The notes beneath the pieces are model-generated. The model saw only the letters and a program-made list of their open reading frames with translations, was not told the DNA's origin and ran no database searches. Shown piece by piece: positions 1-10,999 of a stretch of DNA of 64,000 bases (position 1 is the stretch's first letter; every line of letters starts with the position of its first letter). Both the position numbers and the translations under genes were made by a program. This DNA comes from Zancudomyces culisetae HAW-14-8 (lineage: Eukaryota > Fungi > Kickxellomycota). The DNA lies in contig JBNJNM010000006.1 of NCBI GenBank assembly GCA_052426225.1, positions 1,178,001-1,242,000 on the forward strand, written 5' to 3'.

Positions 1-484
1 GAGTTTGTATGATCTTTGTCCAATCTTTTCCAATACTTTGAATGGGCCAAGTTTCCGATAGTCAAGCTTCTTGCTTGGTCTTTGAGTCCTGATGTTTATA
101 GTTGAGAGATAGACAAGATCACCAATGTTGAAGTCAGGTTGTGATGATACTTTTCGGTTGTAGTATTTCTCATGGTCTTCAAGGGCAAGGGAGATGTTAA
201 ACTTCAGTTCTTGATGGATATCAGATAGTAGTTTGGATCTATCAGAGGAAGCAGGATTTAAAACTTGAGTACGAGGAATTGTGACTGAGAAGCGTGGATG
301 GAAGCCATAGTTTGCGTAGAAAGGTGTGGTCTTAGTAGAAGCATGGGATGTGTTGTTGTAGGCGAATTCAGCAATTGGTAACCACTTTGACCAATCAGTT
401 TGTTGGTAATCAATGTAGCACCTGAGATACTGTTCCAATACTGAGTTTACGCGTTCAGTTTGTTCATCTGTCTGAGGATGGAAT
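1..484 (-). pseudogene. Integrase C-terminal part of Gypsy copy 1, downstream of the 139-bp insertion
   Basis: Reverse complement reads FHPQTDEQTERVNSVLEQYLRCY...KKLDYRKLGPFKV, the same as 12787-13270. Confidence 0.9.
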
Positions 485-623
485 TGTCACAGAACGAGAT
501 TTATTGAATTACAAGTTGTAATTCTTAGAGATTTACAACGAAGCATAAACGAAATGATTAAATGTAACATAAAATATTAAGATTAATTATGGGATATAAG
601 AAGTAATATTATTGGCTATAACA
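485..623 (-). mobile_element. 139-bp solo mini-LTR-like insertion in the integrase
   Basis: TGTTA...TGACA termini and AATAAA near the 3' end; splits the MSTA|FHPQTD motif; flanks ATATC/ATTC. Confidence 0.75.
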
Positions 624-3429
624 GATATGCGGTGGACATTTTCTGTTCAACATTCAGTGATTTCATTAGAGTACGCATGAATGATGAGTTGAAAGATACA
701 CCTCTATCAGATACGATGTAGTTAGGGAGTCCATGTTTGCAGAAGATATGCTGGATAAACAGATCTGCAGTACCTTCAGCATCAATTTCATTGGTTGTGG
801 GAACAAAATGCGCCATCTTGGTAAGGCGATCCACAAATACACAGATTGCAGTAAAGTTATTGGATGGAGGTAGCTGAGTGATGAAGTCGACAGAAACAGA
901 TGACCAAGGTGAATCAGGAACGGGAAGTGGAGCGAGGTAGCCATATGGTTTATGGCGAGAGGATTTGTTGCGTTGACAGGTATCGCAACCAGAGATGTAG
1001 TCTTTGATATATTTTCTCATGGTTGGCCAGTAAAAGTTGCGAGATACAAGTTCGTACGTCTTTGCATTTCCAAAGTGGCCGGCAGCAGGGGAATCATGGC
1101 ATTCAATCAGAATTGTTCTTTTGATGTTGTCGTCTGAGGGGATACAGATTAGTCCATCATAGTGCAGAAGATTGTCAACAAGAGCGAACTTTTCATGGGA
1201 ATCAGGTTTCTTGGATAAGTCAGTGTAAATGGGTCCAAAGTACGTGTCTTTGGGTTGTAGTGACTTGATGTTGTTCATGAGCGTGGATGACAAAGGTTCA
1301 ACAGGTGTACTAGTCATGGACTTCAAGAAGATTTCAGGAGGCAGCAAAGTTATTTTGTTTTGGTCAGTACGGGAGTCACCCCCCTTCCAAGGTTGGTCTT
1401 TCCGAGAAAGAGCATCGGCGGCAGTGTTCTGTTTTCCAGGGCGGTACTTGATGACAAAGTTGAAGTTACTGAGGTATTCTGACCATCTGACTTGGCGGCG
1501 ACTAAGATTTCTGGTAGTGGAGAAGTATTCCAAGTTTTTATGGTCGGTCATAACAACGGTTGGGTGTACAGAAAATTCAAGGTAGTGACGCCAGTGAGCG
1601 AAAGCGTCGATAATTGCTAACAGTTCCTTATCATAGATTTGATAATTCACTTCAGCAGGCAGGAGTTTCCGGGAGTAGTATGCAACAGGGTGGAGTTGTC
1701 CCTCGTTGTCATACTGGCTGCAAATGGCACCTAATGCAAAATCTGATGCATCGGTTTCAATGATACAAGGCTGGTCAGGATTGTAGTGAGCTAAGACTGG
1801 ATTACTGATCATGGTTTCTTTTAGCAAGGCGAAAGCTTCTTCAGCTTTGGGTGTCCACTGGAATTGAACACCTTTTTTCAACAAGGCGGTGAGTGGCAGA
1901 GATATCTTGGAGTAATTCAGAATAAAACGGCGGTAGAAGTTTGTAAGGCCAAGGAATACCTGAACGTCACGGACACAAGTTGGTGTCTTCCACTCGGTGA
2001 CGCTGGATACTTTTGATGGATCCATGGAGATTCCGTTGGGGCCAATTACAAAACCGAGGAACTGTACTGATTGTACATCAAACTCACATTTCTCTAGCTT
2101 GAGGGTGAGATTGTGTTCCTGAAGCTTCTTCAAGACAAGGCAGACGTGGTCATAGTGCTTATCGATATCATATGAGTAGATTAACAGATCATCGATGTAC
2201 ACAACAAGGAATTGATCAATGTATTCACGGAAGAGATCGTTAACAAAGGACTGGAACGTGGCTGGAGCATTCATAAGGCCAAACGGCATGACCTTATACT
2301 CGAAGTGGCCGTAGCGTGTACGAAACGCGGTCTTCCATTCTTCACCAGGCGAGATCCTGATCATGTGGTATGCGGATTTCATATCCAGCTTGGTGAATAT
2401 CTTGGCTTTGCCAAGCCGATCCAAGGTTTCAGAGATGAGTGGCAAGGCTGCACGGTTGGGGACAGTGATCTTATTCAGGGCTCTATAGTCGACGCACAAT
2501 CGGAGACTACCATCTTTCTTTTTTACAAATAGGACGGGAGCCCCAGCCGGGGATTCAGAGCGTTGGATAAAACCATTGGCTAGGTTTTCCTGAATGTAGT
2601 CGTACAGGGTCTTTAGTTCCAATTGGGAGAGGTTGTACAATGGGCCATATGGTATCTTTGAGTCAGGAAGCAAAGGAATGGTATGATCATATGGACGATG
2701 TTCAGGCAGTTTGGCAGATTGGGATTCAGAGAAGACAGATTCAAACATTTTATACTTTTCAGGGATTACAGGAGTAACAGGGGTTTCAGGATTAGATTCA
2801 GAGACAAGACAGAGATTTTCACAAGATTCAGGAGCTACAAGGGATTCAAGATTGTTCACGGTAATTGCACCAGCATAGACAGTGTCTGGTGCCTTCAGAT
2901 GTTCTTTAAACTGGTTTGAGCCCACAAGAGATATGTCTAGGTTGACATGGTTGGGCCCACAAGAAGACAAGGTACACGGCAGATGGACTACGTTTTCAGT
3001 CCAGTTGATGTCAGGATTGTGTTGTTGAAGCCAGGAAAGACCAAGGATGATTGGTGAAGATCCAAGATCTAGTTGTTGCAGATAGATACTTTCGAGATGG
3101 TTATCGTTGATTTTTAGTGTTACTTGGGAGGCAGAGTTGGATCTAAGCTTTGATCCGTCAGCGAGCGTGATTGTCATTTTTCTAGATATAGATGGTAGAT
3201 TGTTTTTTAGAGCAAAGGTGGCGTCAATGAACGAGGACGAAGCACCAGAATCAACCATAGCGTAGGTTTTCATGTGGAGGTGCTTGAACAAGATGGTTAC
3301 AGGAATGGTCAAGGTGTTTGGTTTATCAGGAGATTGGGTGTCAGAAACAGGAGTGGTTACAGTGGCGTGGGGACTGGCTAAGTTGCCCAATAGGTGTCCC
3401 TTACTGTCTACTGGGCGGTGTCGTTTTCC
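616..3429 (-). CDS. pol: Gypsy pol (protease, RT, RNase H, integrase N-terminal part), reached by -1 frameshift; truncated by the insertion
   Basis: VDSGA protease, LPEHRPYDH, YIDDLL RT, ETDASDF/YDKELLAI RNase H, HDSPAAGH...CDTC integrase zinc finger. Confidence 0.95.
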   Translation of the reverse strand, partial: GKRHRPVDSKGHLLGNLASPHATVTTPVSDTQSPDKPNTLTIPVTILFKHLHMKTYAMVDSGASSSFIDATFALKNNLPSISRKMTITLADGSKLRSNSASQVTLKINDNHLESIYLQQLDLGSSPIILGLSWLQQHNPDINWTENVVHLPCTLSSCGPNHVNLDISLVGSNQFKEHLKAPDTVYAGAITVNNLESLVAPESCENLCLVSESNPETPVTPVIPEKYKMFESVFSESQSAKLPEHRPYDHTIPLLPDSKIPYGPLYNLSQLELKTLYDYIQENLANGFIQRSESPAGAPVLFVKKKDGSLRLCVDYRALNKITVPNRAALPLISETLDRLGKAKIFTKLDMKSAYHMIRISPGEEWKTAFRTRYGHFEYKVMPFGLMNAPATFQSFVNDLFREYIDQFLVVYIDDLLIYSYDIDKHYDHVCLVLKKLQEHNLTLKLEKCEFDVQSVQFLGFVIGPNGISMDPSKVSSVTEWKTPTCVRDVQVFLGLTNFYRRFILNYSKISLPLTALLKKGVQFQWTPKAEEAFALLKETMISNPVLAHYNPDQPCIIETDASDFALGAICSQYDNEGQLHPVAYYSRKLLPAEVNYQIYDKELLAIIDAFAHWRHYLEFSVHPTVVMTDHKNLEYFSTTRNLSRRQVRWSEYLSNFNFVIKYRPGKQNTAADALSRKDQPWKGGDSRTDQNKITLLPPEIFLKSMTSTPVEPLSSTLMNNIKSLQPKDTYFGPIYTDLSKKPDSHEKFALVDNLLHYDGLICIPSDDNIKRTILIECHDSPAAGHFGNAKTYELVSRNFYWPTMRKYIKDYISGCDTCQRNKSSRHKPYGYLAPLPVPDSPWSSVSVDFITQLPPSNNFTAICVFVDRLTKMAHFVPTTNEIDAEGTADLFIQHIFCKHGLPNYIVSDRGVSFNSSFMRTLMKSLNVEQKMSTAYLL
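3370..3429 (-). promoter_or_regulatory. -1 programmed ribosomal frameshift signal (slippery heptamer plus H-type pseudoknot)
   Basis: G_GAA_AAC, 6-nt spacer, stem GCCCAGTAG/CTATTGGGC, loop GGGAC pairing with downstream GTCCC; the -1 frame is open into pol. Confidence 0.8.
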
Positions 3430-4628
3430 TGTGTTGGTGTAATGCTGGAGATGTTGTGGCGTTTCTTTGGACAGTTGATGTTGAAATGGTCATTACCGCC
3501 ACAATAGAGACAGAGATTGTTTTCGATACGGTATGCTCTTTGAGCAGGAGTAAGTGGTGGTCTTCTAGTCGATGAAGCGGTACTGAGATCCATTGGTTGC
3601 GGTCCATCACTATTAGCTGGTGGAGTGGTAGATGGTGCAGAAACAGGTGAAGCAAACGGGTTGTAAGCAGTAGGTTTGGGTGGCATAGTTGCAGTGGGGT
3701 TAACTGGAGGTTGACGACGTTGTGGATGGCTGAAGAGGCGGTTGTCGATCTGGATGGCTGTAGAGATCAGGGTATCGATGTCTTCTATTGGTTCTCTACG
3801 GTTGAGTTTCTGGGATACGTTGTACTTGAGACCGGATAGAAACTGTGAGATCAAAGGTGGTTGGTTCCAGTCAATTAACATCTGTAGGCGTCTAAACTCG
3901 GTGGCATATGCGGCAACGGAAGTGGTTTGGCGGAGTTGGCGGATTGCCCTATCAGCATTCTCAATAGGGTTGGGATCACCAAAGGCACGAGTGATAGTTT
4001 CTTTAAACAGATTGTAGTTGGAGAGGATAGCAGGACGGTCAGACTCTGGAAGGTTTGCTTTCATGAGGTAAGGTTCCATGTAACTGAATGGTGTGCCTGA
4101 GAGGTAGGAGATGGCATACAAGACTTTACTTGAGTCTGTGTTGAATTTATCGGGTGAAGCGGCAAAGACGAGAGCAAGCTGTGAAAAGAAGTTGGAACAG
4201 GCGGAGGGTTTTCCTGAAAATGTGTCTGGGTGTCTGACTTTGATACTAGGTTCAGAAGTACTAGCAACTTTGGTGGCACGGTTTTCAGTTATATAAAGTA
4301 TGACTTCGTTCCTGAGGGTACTGAGCTGGTCCTGAAGGGATTGGATTTCCAACTGATTGGCCTGTATGGCGCTTTGGGTTAGCTGGTCTGAATTCTGGAT
4401 ATCGGACTGGAGGTTGTTCATGGAGTCAAGAATGGTCTGGATGGACTTGGTGGTGTCTGCTTTGACCTTGTCATAAATTTTCTTGGATACTGTGGCAGGG
4501 TGTTCCTTGATGGCAGACTCGGCTTTTTCTACTCTTTGTAGTAGCTGCTGAATAGTTTCTTCAATTGCTGGAAGGGTCACAGCGGCTTTTTTGAGGAATT
4601 CAACTTGTTCTGGGCTAAACGGTTCCAT
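3408..4628 (-). CDS. gag: Gypsy gag with coiled coil, capsid domain and CCHC knuckle
   Basis: PDTFSG, LRQTTSVAAYATEF, PQPMDL, CLYCGGNDHFNINC. Confidence 0.95.
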   Translation of the reverse strand: MEPFSPEQVEFLKKAAVTLPAIEETIQQLLQRVEKAESAIKEHPATVSKKIYDKVKADTTKSIQTILDSMNNLQSDIQNSDQLTQSAIQANQLEIQSLQDQLSTLRNEVILYITENRATKVASTSEPSIKVRHPDTFSGKPSACSNFFSQLALVFAASPDKFNTDSSKVLYAISYLSGTPFSYMEPYLMKANLPESDRPAILSNYNLFKETITRAFGDPNPIENADRAIRQLRQTTSVAAYATEFRRLQMLIDWNQPPLISQFLSGLKYNVSQKLNRREPIEDIDTLISTAIQIDNRLFSHPQRRQPPVNPTATMPPKPTAYNPFASPVSAPSTTPPANSDGPQPMDLSTASSTRRPPLTPAQRAYRIENNLCLYCGGNDHFNINCPKKRHNISSITPTQENDTAQ

Positions 4629-4677
4629 GGTTAAAATACTTAGGCTGGTGTCAGAAAATAATAAATATAATATTTTG

Positions 4678-4688
4678 ATCTAGTATAG
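4678..4688 (-). promoter_or_regulatory. Primer-binding site, Tf1-type self-priming
   Basis: Element-sense CTATACTAGAT abuts the LTR, has no TGG start, and is complementary to LTR-internal TCTAGTATA (4756-4764). Confidence 0.65.
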
Positions 4689-5100
4689 TGTCAAGATCTG
4701 GAGTCAGGAGAGTTATATTTATTATTATTAAAGTTTATTGTATGAATGTATTCAATATACTAGAATCTGAATCCAAGACTGGAAAATTGTACCCTTTTTA
4801 TACTTTTTTCCAGCCTTGGTTTTTGAACAAAATCAATATGAAAACTGCGGAATAGCTAAAAATGCAAGTTAAAGTAAAACGTGTTTGATTACTAATCCAA
4901 TTTGATTAGTAATCAAACAAAAATCAAACTCGAATGCTAATAAAATTAAACATGTGAAAATTATTACGTAAGAAAAATTAATAAATAATGTGAATTTTCG
5001 GTAATGTTCTAGAATGTTCCCCAACATTCTAAACATTACTGCGGAATAAAATCAGATGATTCTTTAACGTTTTCGAACATTCTAGAATCAGTTCATGACA
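4689..5100 (-). repeat. 5' LTR, family A (412 bp)
   Basis: TGTCA...TGACA termini; homologous to 13616-13989; TATAAAAA at 4802-4795. Confidence 0.93.
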
Positions 5101-6890
5101 CAGCCAATCAGCTAAAAAGTCGGAGACCAACTTTTACAATATCCAGGTGGGGTTGGCACAGATCACCAAGCCACTCGATACCATGGCCCATAACATAATC
5201 TCCAAGAGCGAGATTACCGACGAGAGAGCCGAATTCCTGTGTTCATCAACACAATAAGAACTCTGCTAGGAGACCAGGCCACGCAGATCACGCAGATGCG
5301 TATCGACAACATGTACGCAAGGATGAATATAGGCGCAAAACCGAGACAGATCATTGACGAAGAAGAAGAAATCTTGGAGACCAAGCTGGTTGAAGAAGAC
5401 TTGGCCAAGCAAAGGCCCTTCGCTAGGAAGAAGGGCAAGTTTTTTCGGAAGCGCCAGCAGCAGAGTGCAAGTCTATTCCAGCACCAAGGGCAGACAGCTG
5501 CACAGGCGCAAAACAATGTGGGAGCCCAGAGCCAGACCCAACCAAGAGCCCGGCCAAACTTCAGGCAGTACCCAAACAAGGCCAGAAGTCAGCCCTCAAC
5601 CAAACAGTAGGGGGCCGGTTGCAGAGGTTCCAGAATGCATGGAGGTCGATCCCGACCAGCAAGTGGTGCTATGAGGTGGTCAGCAAGGGGTTCGAGATAC
5701 CCTTGATACATTGCCCACTAGTGCGGGTGCACCAGGAAACCAACCCGCAGAGACATCCAGGCAGTCCGGACAAAGAAGCGGTCATAGACCAGGAGGTGGC
5801 GGACCTCCTGGGGAACAAGGCCATAGTGAAAGTCGCCGGGGATGCACCGGGGTTTTACTCCCCAATGTTTTGCATCCCCAAGAAGAACGGCAAGATGCGA
5901 CCCGTCTTGTGCTTATGACGGCTGAACCAGTTCGTGGTGAAACAGAAGTTCAAGATGGAGTCTCTCAAAAGCATTTGCCAGCTGATCAGGCGGGGAGATT
6001 TTATGACCTCCATAGATCTCTAAGACGCCTTCCTCCACGTAAAGATGCGAGAGAAATCTCAGCGTCTATTAAGATTCGTGTGGAAGGGGGTGCACTACCA
6101 GTTCACGGTGCTACTCTTTGGACTGACAGCTTCACCTTTGGTTTTCACCAAGGTGATGCGACCAGTCTTAGCTTGGGCGAGAGGTCTGGATATGCGAGTC
6201 GCGGCATACCTGGACGACCTATTATATTGGGTCAAACCAAACAGATCTGCACAGAGAACACCGCCAGACTGGCCAAGAAGCTAGCAGCACTAGGTTTCTT
6301 GGTAAACAAAGAGAAGTCTACCCTGGAGCCCAGCCAGGATATGGAGCATCTCGGATATAAAATCCAGACGCGCCATATGACTCTCAAGGCCCCCATCGAG
6401 AAGATCAGAGACGTGAGGAGACTAGCCTCACGACTTCTCGCACAGGGGGAAAACACAATGAGGGAGATTGCAGCCATAGTGGGAAGGCCCAGGCACTGTC
6501 CGCCGCGATTCTTCCGGGTATCCTCCAAACACGGAGGTTACTAGAACTCAAGAATCAGGCTCTCCAGCAGGGCAAGACATGGGAGAGCAGGGTCAGAAAC
6601 TCGGAGCCCGCCAAAGAGAACCTCAGCTGGTGGGTTCAGCAGACCGAGGGGTGGAACGGCAGGTCGTTTCTGCCGGAGAAACCCGAGATCGAGGTGTTTA
6701 CAGACGCCTCAGACTCAGGGTGGGAATTAGTGATCAACAGCAGACACTACACCGGGAAGTGGAGCAAGGAGGACAGCCTGCTCCACATCAACGAGAAGGA
6801 AATGCGGGCAGTGGAGATAGCCTGCAATCTCAAGGAAGTCCGCGGGAAGGCCGCGAAGATATATGCAGACAACGTGTCAACGTTGGCATA
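5101..6890 (+). mobile_element. Truncated, degenerate DIRS (tyrosine-recombinase retrotransposon): gag end, RT, RNase H start
   Basis: gag stop overlapping VGGRL, GFYSPMFCIPKKNG, AAYLDDL, FTDASDSGW, HINEKE, YADN; stops and frameshifts. Confidence 0.88.
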
Positions 6891-8450
6891 CAGTGAGTTT
6901 CAAAAATGTTCCATAATATTGAAAATAATTTGCAAAGTGGAATGTTTCGCTCAATAATATCCAGATATTATTTGTTTTTTATATTATATAATTCACAAAT
7001 GTTATATTCAGATTATTTATAAACTGTATTTTTATTGGTTAAAAATTCATTATGAAATTATAAATTGAAAAAATTTTAAAAATGAGACAATTTTGGGAAT
7101 TTTTCAAGAAAAAACTTTAAAATTCTGTCCACCTTCCTTTAGACTTGATAACTGCCTCAACTCTTTTGGGCATACTATCTATAAGACCAAGTATTGTCCT
7201 ACTGAAATTAAATTCCATTCCGTTTCTATTCGCTCCCATAATTCGATCATCCCGGACGGAGGTTTACTGTATCTATTTAGGCGTCTTTTGATGACTGCCC
7301 ATATAGTTTTGATTGGGTTTAAGTCTGGAGATTGTGGCGGCCAGTCCAATGTATTATATTCCTGGTTTTGAAGCCAGCATGTAACAAACTTCGCGGTATG
7401 TTTAGGATCATTGTCTTGTTGAAATATTATTGACATGGGATCCAACTTGTAGTACTTTATTGTATTGCTAAGCTTGTCTATTAAAATGTTTAAATAACCT
7501 TCCTTGTTTAACATTCCTTCTATTCGGCACATGTAGCCAGTTCCAAATGCTGTGATGCATCCCCAAATCATTAATGATCCTCCACCGTGTTATACGGTCT
7601 GGATAATATTGTGCGACTGTAGACTCACACCATCACGAACCCAAGTCCATTCATTTCCATCAGATCCAAATCAGTTGATTTTAGTTTCGTCGGACCAAAT
7701 TACTTGTCTCCAATCATCAGTAGTCCAGTGGCGATGAGATTTTGCGAATCTCAACCTTTTTGCAATATTTTTAGGCTCAGTTTCGGTTTGGAGGTCTTTA
7801 TTTTGCACGGCTTTTAGATCATATAAAGCCCTATATATTGTAGACTTACTAGCACTAACAATATTATCCATTTCTAACTTCTTTTGTATCGAAGTAGCAG
7901 ACCGATACTCACATATAATATCATTCTAGTACATATTCGCTTGCTTTGGAGTGAAAGCTTCGCTGGACGACCGCGTTTATTAGCCGGTAAATTGATATTC
8001 ATTGCTGCTTTAATTCTGTATATTGTTGCTTTACTAACTCCATGTTCTATAATGATTTGGTCAATGTTTCTGCCTTCAAGTATCGCGTTTTTTATATCCA
8101 GTTTACGTTGTTCAGATATCATTTTTTAAAAAATTATACTTTTGATTAGTAAAATGTTGTTATATATTATAATATGTAAAAGTTTTAAAAATTTAAAATT
8201 TGAATTCATAAAGTTATGATAGTTTAATGTATTTTTTTGAAAAATTCCCAAAATTGTCTCATTTAAAAATTTTTTCAATTTATAATTTCATAATGAATTT
8301 TTAACCAATAAAAATAAATTTAATATAATCTAAATATAACATTTGTGCATTATAACATATAAAAATCATATAATTTCTGGATATTATTGAGCGAGATATT
8401 ACATTTTGCAAATTATTTTCAATATTTTGAGACATTTTTGAAACTCACTG
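6891..8450 (-). mobile_element. Tc1/mariner DNA transposon with about 220-bp TIRs and a degenerate transposase
   Basis: TA|CAGTGAGTTTCAAAAATG...CATTTTTGAAACTCACTG|TA; TIRs at about 6891-7107 and 8237-8450. Confidence 0.95.
7115..8122 (-). pseudogene. Tc1 transposase pseudogene (DD34E with E changed to K; stops and frameshifts)
   Basis: RGRP HTH linker, WSDETK, HGGGSLMIWGC, FQQDNDPKH, SPDLNPIK. Confidence 0.9.
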
Positions 8451-10723
8451 TATGACAAAGAATTGTTAGCTATTATCAATGCAATTAAAGAATGGCGTCA
8501 TTACTTTAAAGGAGTTTCACAAAAATTCATCATTTATACTGATCAAAAGAATTTAGAATCATTTAAAAATGCAAAAATATTGAACAGAAGACATGCAAGA
8601 TGGTTATTATTACTAAATGAATATGACTTTGACACCACCTACAGACCAGGAATACAAAGTGGTAAACCTGAAGCACTTACAAGATATACTAAGAATGATA
8701 ATATAAAAGTTTTAAATCACAATATTATAAAAGGAAAACACTTTATTAATGCAATCATAATACCACAAAGTGTAATTATAACGACATTAAAACATATATT
8801 GAGCAGAATACTATCAATATTGATGATTTAAAACAACAACTATAAGATACTGATATCATTATAAAACGTAATGGATTGATCTATATAAATGAAATAATAT
8901 ATGTACCTGATGTACTAAGGATGCAATTACTTCAAGAAGTTCATGATTCAGGTGCAGCTGGACATTTTGGGATACATAAAACAATAAAAAATTTGGATCG
9001 AAACTATTTTATAAAACAAAAAATGAAATATGTAAAAGAATACATTAATAATGTGATGTATGTCAAAAAAATAAATCTAACAGACATAAACAGTATGGAT
9101 TGCTTCAACCGTTACCTATAGCATCTGGACCATGGAAATCTATAACTATGGACTTCATTACAGATTTACCAAAGTCAAATGGGTATACAACAATAATGGT
9201 TATTGTTGATAGATATACTAAAATGGCTCACTTTATACCTTTAAAAAGCTACCGACTTCACCCGAAACTGTTACTGCATACATTAAAAATGTTTGTAAAC
9301 TACATGGTACACCTGATGAAATCATTGCTGATAGAGGATCTCAGTTTATAAGCAAGTTTTGGAAGCGTTTTTACGAACTTTTAAACGTAAAAATAAAAAT
9401 TTCTAGTGCTTATCACCCTGAAACTAATGGTCAAACTGAGCGTACTAATCAAACATTGGAGCAATATTTAAGGTGTTACAGTGACTACATGCAAGATAAC
9501 TGGTGCAAACTACTTCCGTTAGCTGAATATTCATACAATAATGCATATCACAGTGCAATTAAGATGTCACGATTTAAAGCATTATGTGGTTTTGATACTT
9601 CATTATCACCGCAAATACCAACAATATAGTTAATACCAAGTGCTGAAAACCATGTAAATGAACTGAAAAAACATCACGAAGACATCAAAAAAGTGTTACA
9701 AAATGCAATTAAAACTGGAAAAAAGTTTGCTGACAGAAACCGAAAACGACATCCAAAGTTCAAAATAGGTGATAAGGTATGCCTAATACGAAAAAATGTA
9801 CAAACAGTCAGACCCTCCAACAAATTGGATAACAAAAAGATTGGTCCATACAAAATTATAAGCAAGATTAATGGTGTTACATTCAAATTACAATTACCAC
9901 CAAACATGAAGATACATCCAGTATTTCATGTATCATTATTAGAAAAATATCACACATCAGAACTCGTGATAAGACCAGTCATCAGACCCCCATCACCTGT
10001 AATTATCAATAATGAAATTGAATATGTGGTTAATAAAATTTTGAATTCAAAAGAAGTTGATGGTACCACATATTATCTAATCAATTACGAAGGATACGGA
10101 CCAGAAGAAAGAAGTTGAGAGCGTGATCAGGATGTTAACGCTCATGATAAAATACAAGAATTTTGGCTCATCAAGATCGAAAACGAACGCGAATCTGAAT
10201 AAAAAACATCTGTAAGTTACCTTAATAGGGGGGGGGTAGCGTTATGAATACACATGTATCTTAACAATATTGTATATTAAAATACATTATGGTATTAATA
10301 AATATTAATGATATTAAATGTGTATCATTAATATTAATTAAGTATTAGTTTATATTATTTAATTAATATTTAATAATTAGTTTAAAACATTAATATTATT
10401 ACAATGATCAATATTAAATGTATCATCATTAATATTGTGTATATTAATGTTATTAGTTTATTTGTTTATTAATATTAGTTATATTGATAGTTTAAGTTTT
10501 ATAATAATATTTATAACAAACTTAATTGTAAAAGGAAGATACAAATCCTTTTCATGAACAATTAAGTTTGTCAATCTAGTTTAACAATATAAAGATATTA
10601 TTAAATAATATTATATTATTACTGTGTGACTTAAACTAGAATAATTAATAATAACTTTTATAAATTAACTGTGTGTTAATTAGTTAATACCATCATTATT
10701 GTGTATAATATTGGTATCTAACA
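8451..10723 (+). mobile_element. AT-rich Gypsy family B, 3' half (RNase H, integrase, chromodomain, PPT, 3' LTR), degenerate
   Basis: YDKELLAII, HDSGAAGH, SITMDFI, YHPETNGQTE, IHPVFHVSLL, chromodomain EYVVNKIL; G-run PPT at about 10227-10237. Confidence 0.9.
10240..10723 (+). repeat. 3' LTR of family B
   Basis: Follows the PPT; (C)GTTA...TAACA termini; very AT-rich; no second copy in the window to confirm the boundaries. Confidence 0.6.
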
Positions 10724-10999
10724 GATTTATTAAATAAAATACCTTGAGATGTAAAGATTTTTAATGCTAAAGTTTCCTAAAGTAATATAATCCTTGACCT
10801 TATATAGTTTTACAATATACAAAATTAATTGTAAAATTATTTAATTTCAACAATTATTTGGTTTTATATTAAAATTATCAATTTCGGTGATAAATTGTTT
10901 AAAATGATAGATTCATTTAAAATATATTAAAGTACTAATAAAACTAACTATTATCTACACTATACATTATTATTAATATATATAATTTTGATCAGTTTA

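Larger units (their letters stand above)
1..5100 (-). mobile_element. Ty3/Gypsy (chromovirus-type) LTR retrotransposon, family A copy 1; 3' end runs off the window; integrase interrupted
   Basis: 5' LTR at 4689-5100, gag, then pol in PR-RT-RH-IN order; inserted next to DIRS gag sequence at 5101. Confidence 0.95.

Noticed and set aside
485-623. 139-bp insert as a spliceosomal intron
   Set aside because: Ends are TG...CA, and no GT-AG pair cleanly restores the integrase frame
8451-10723. RIP-like hypermutation of the AT-rich Gypsy
   Set aside because: No consistent dinucleotide-specific pattern visible, and the duplicated family A copies are unmutated; it cannot be supported without a consensus
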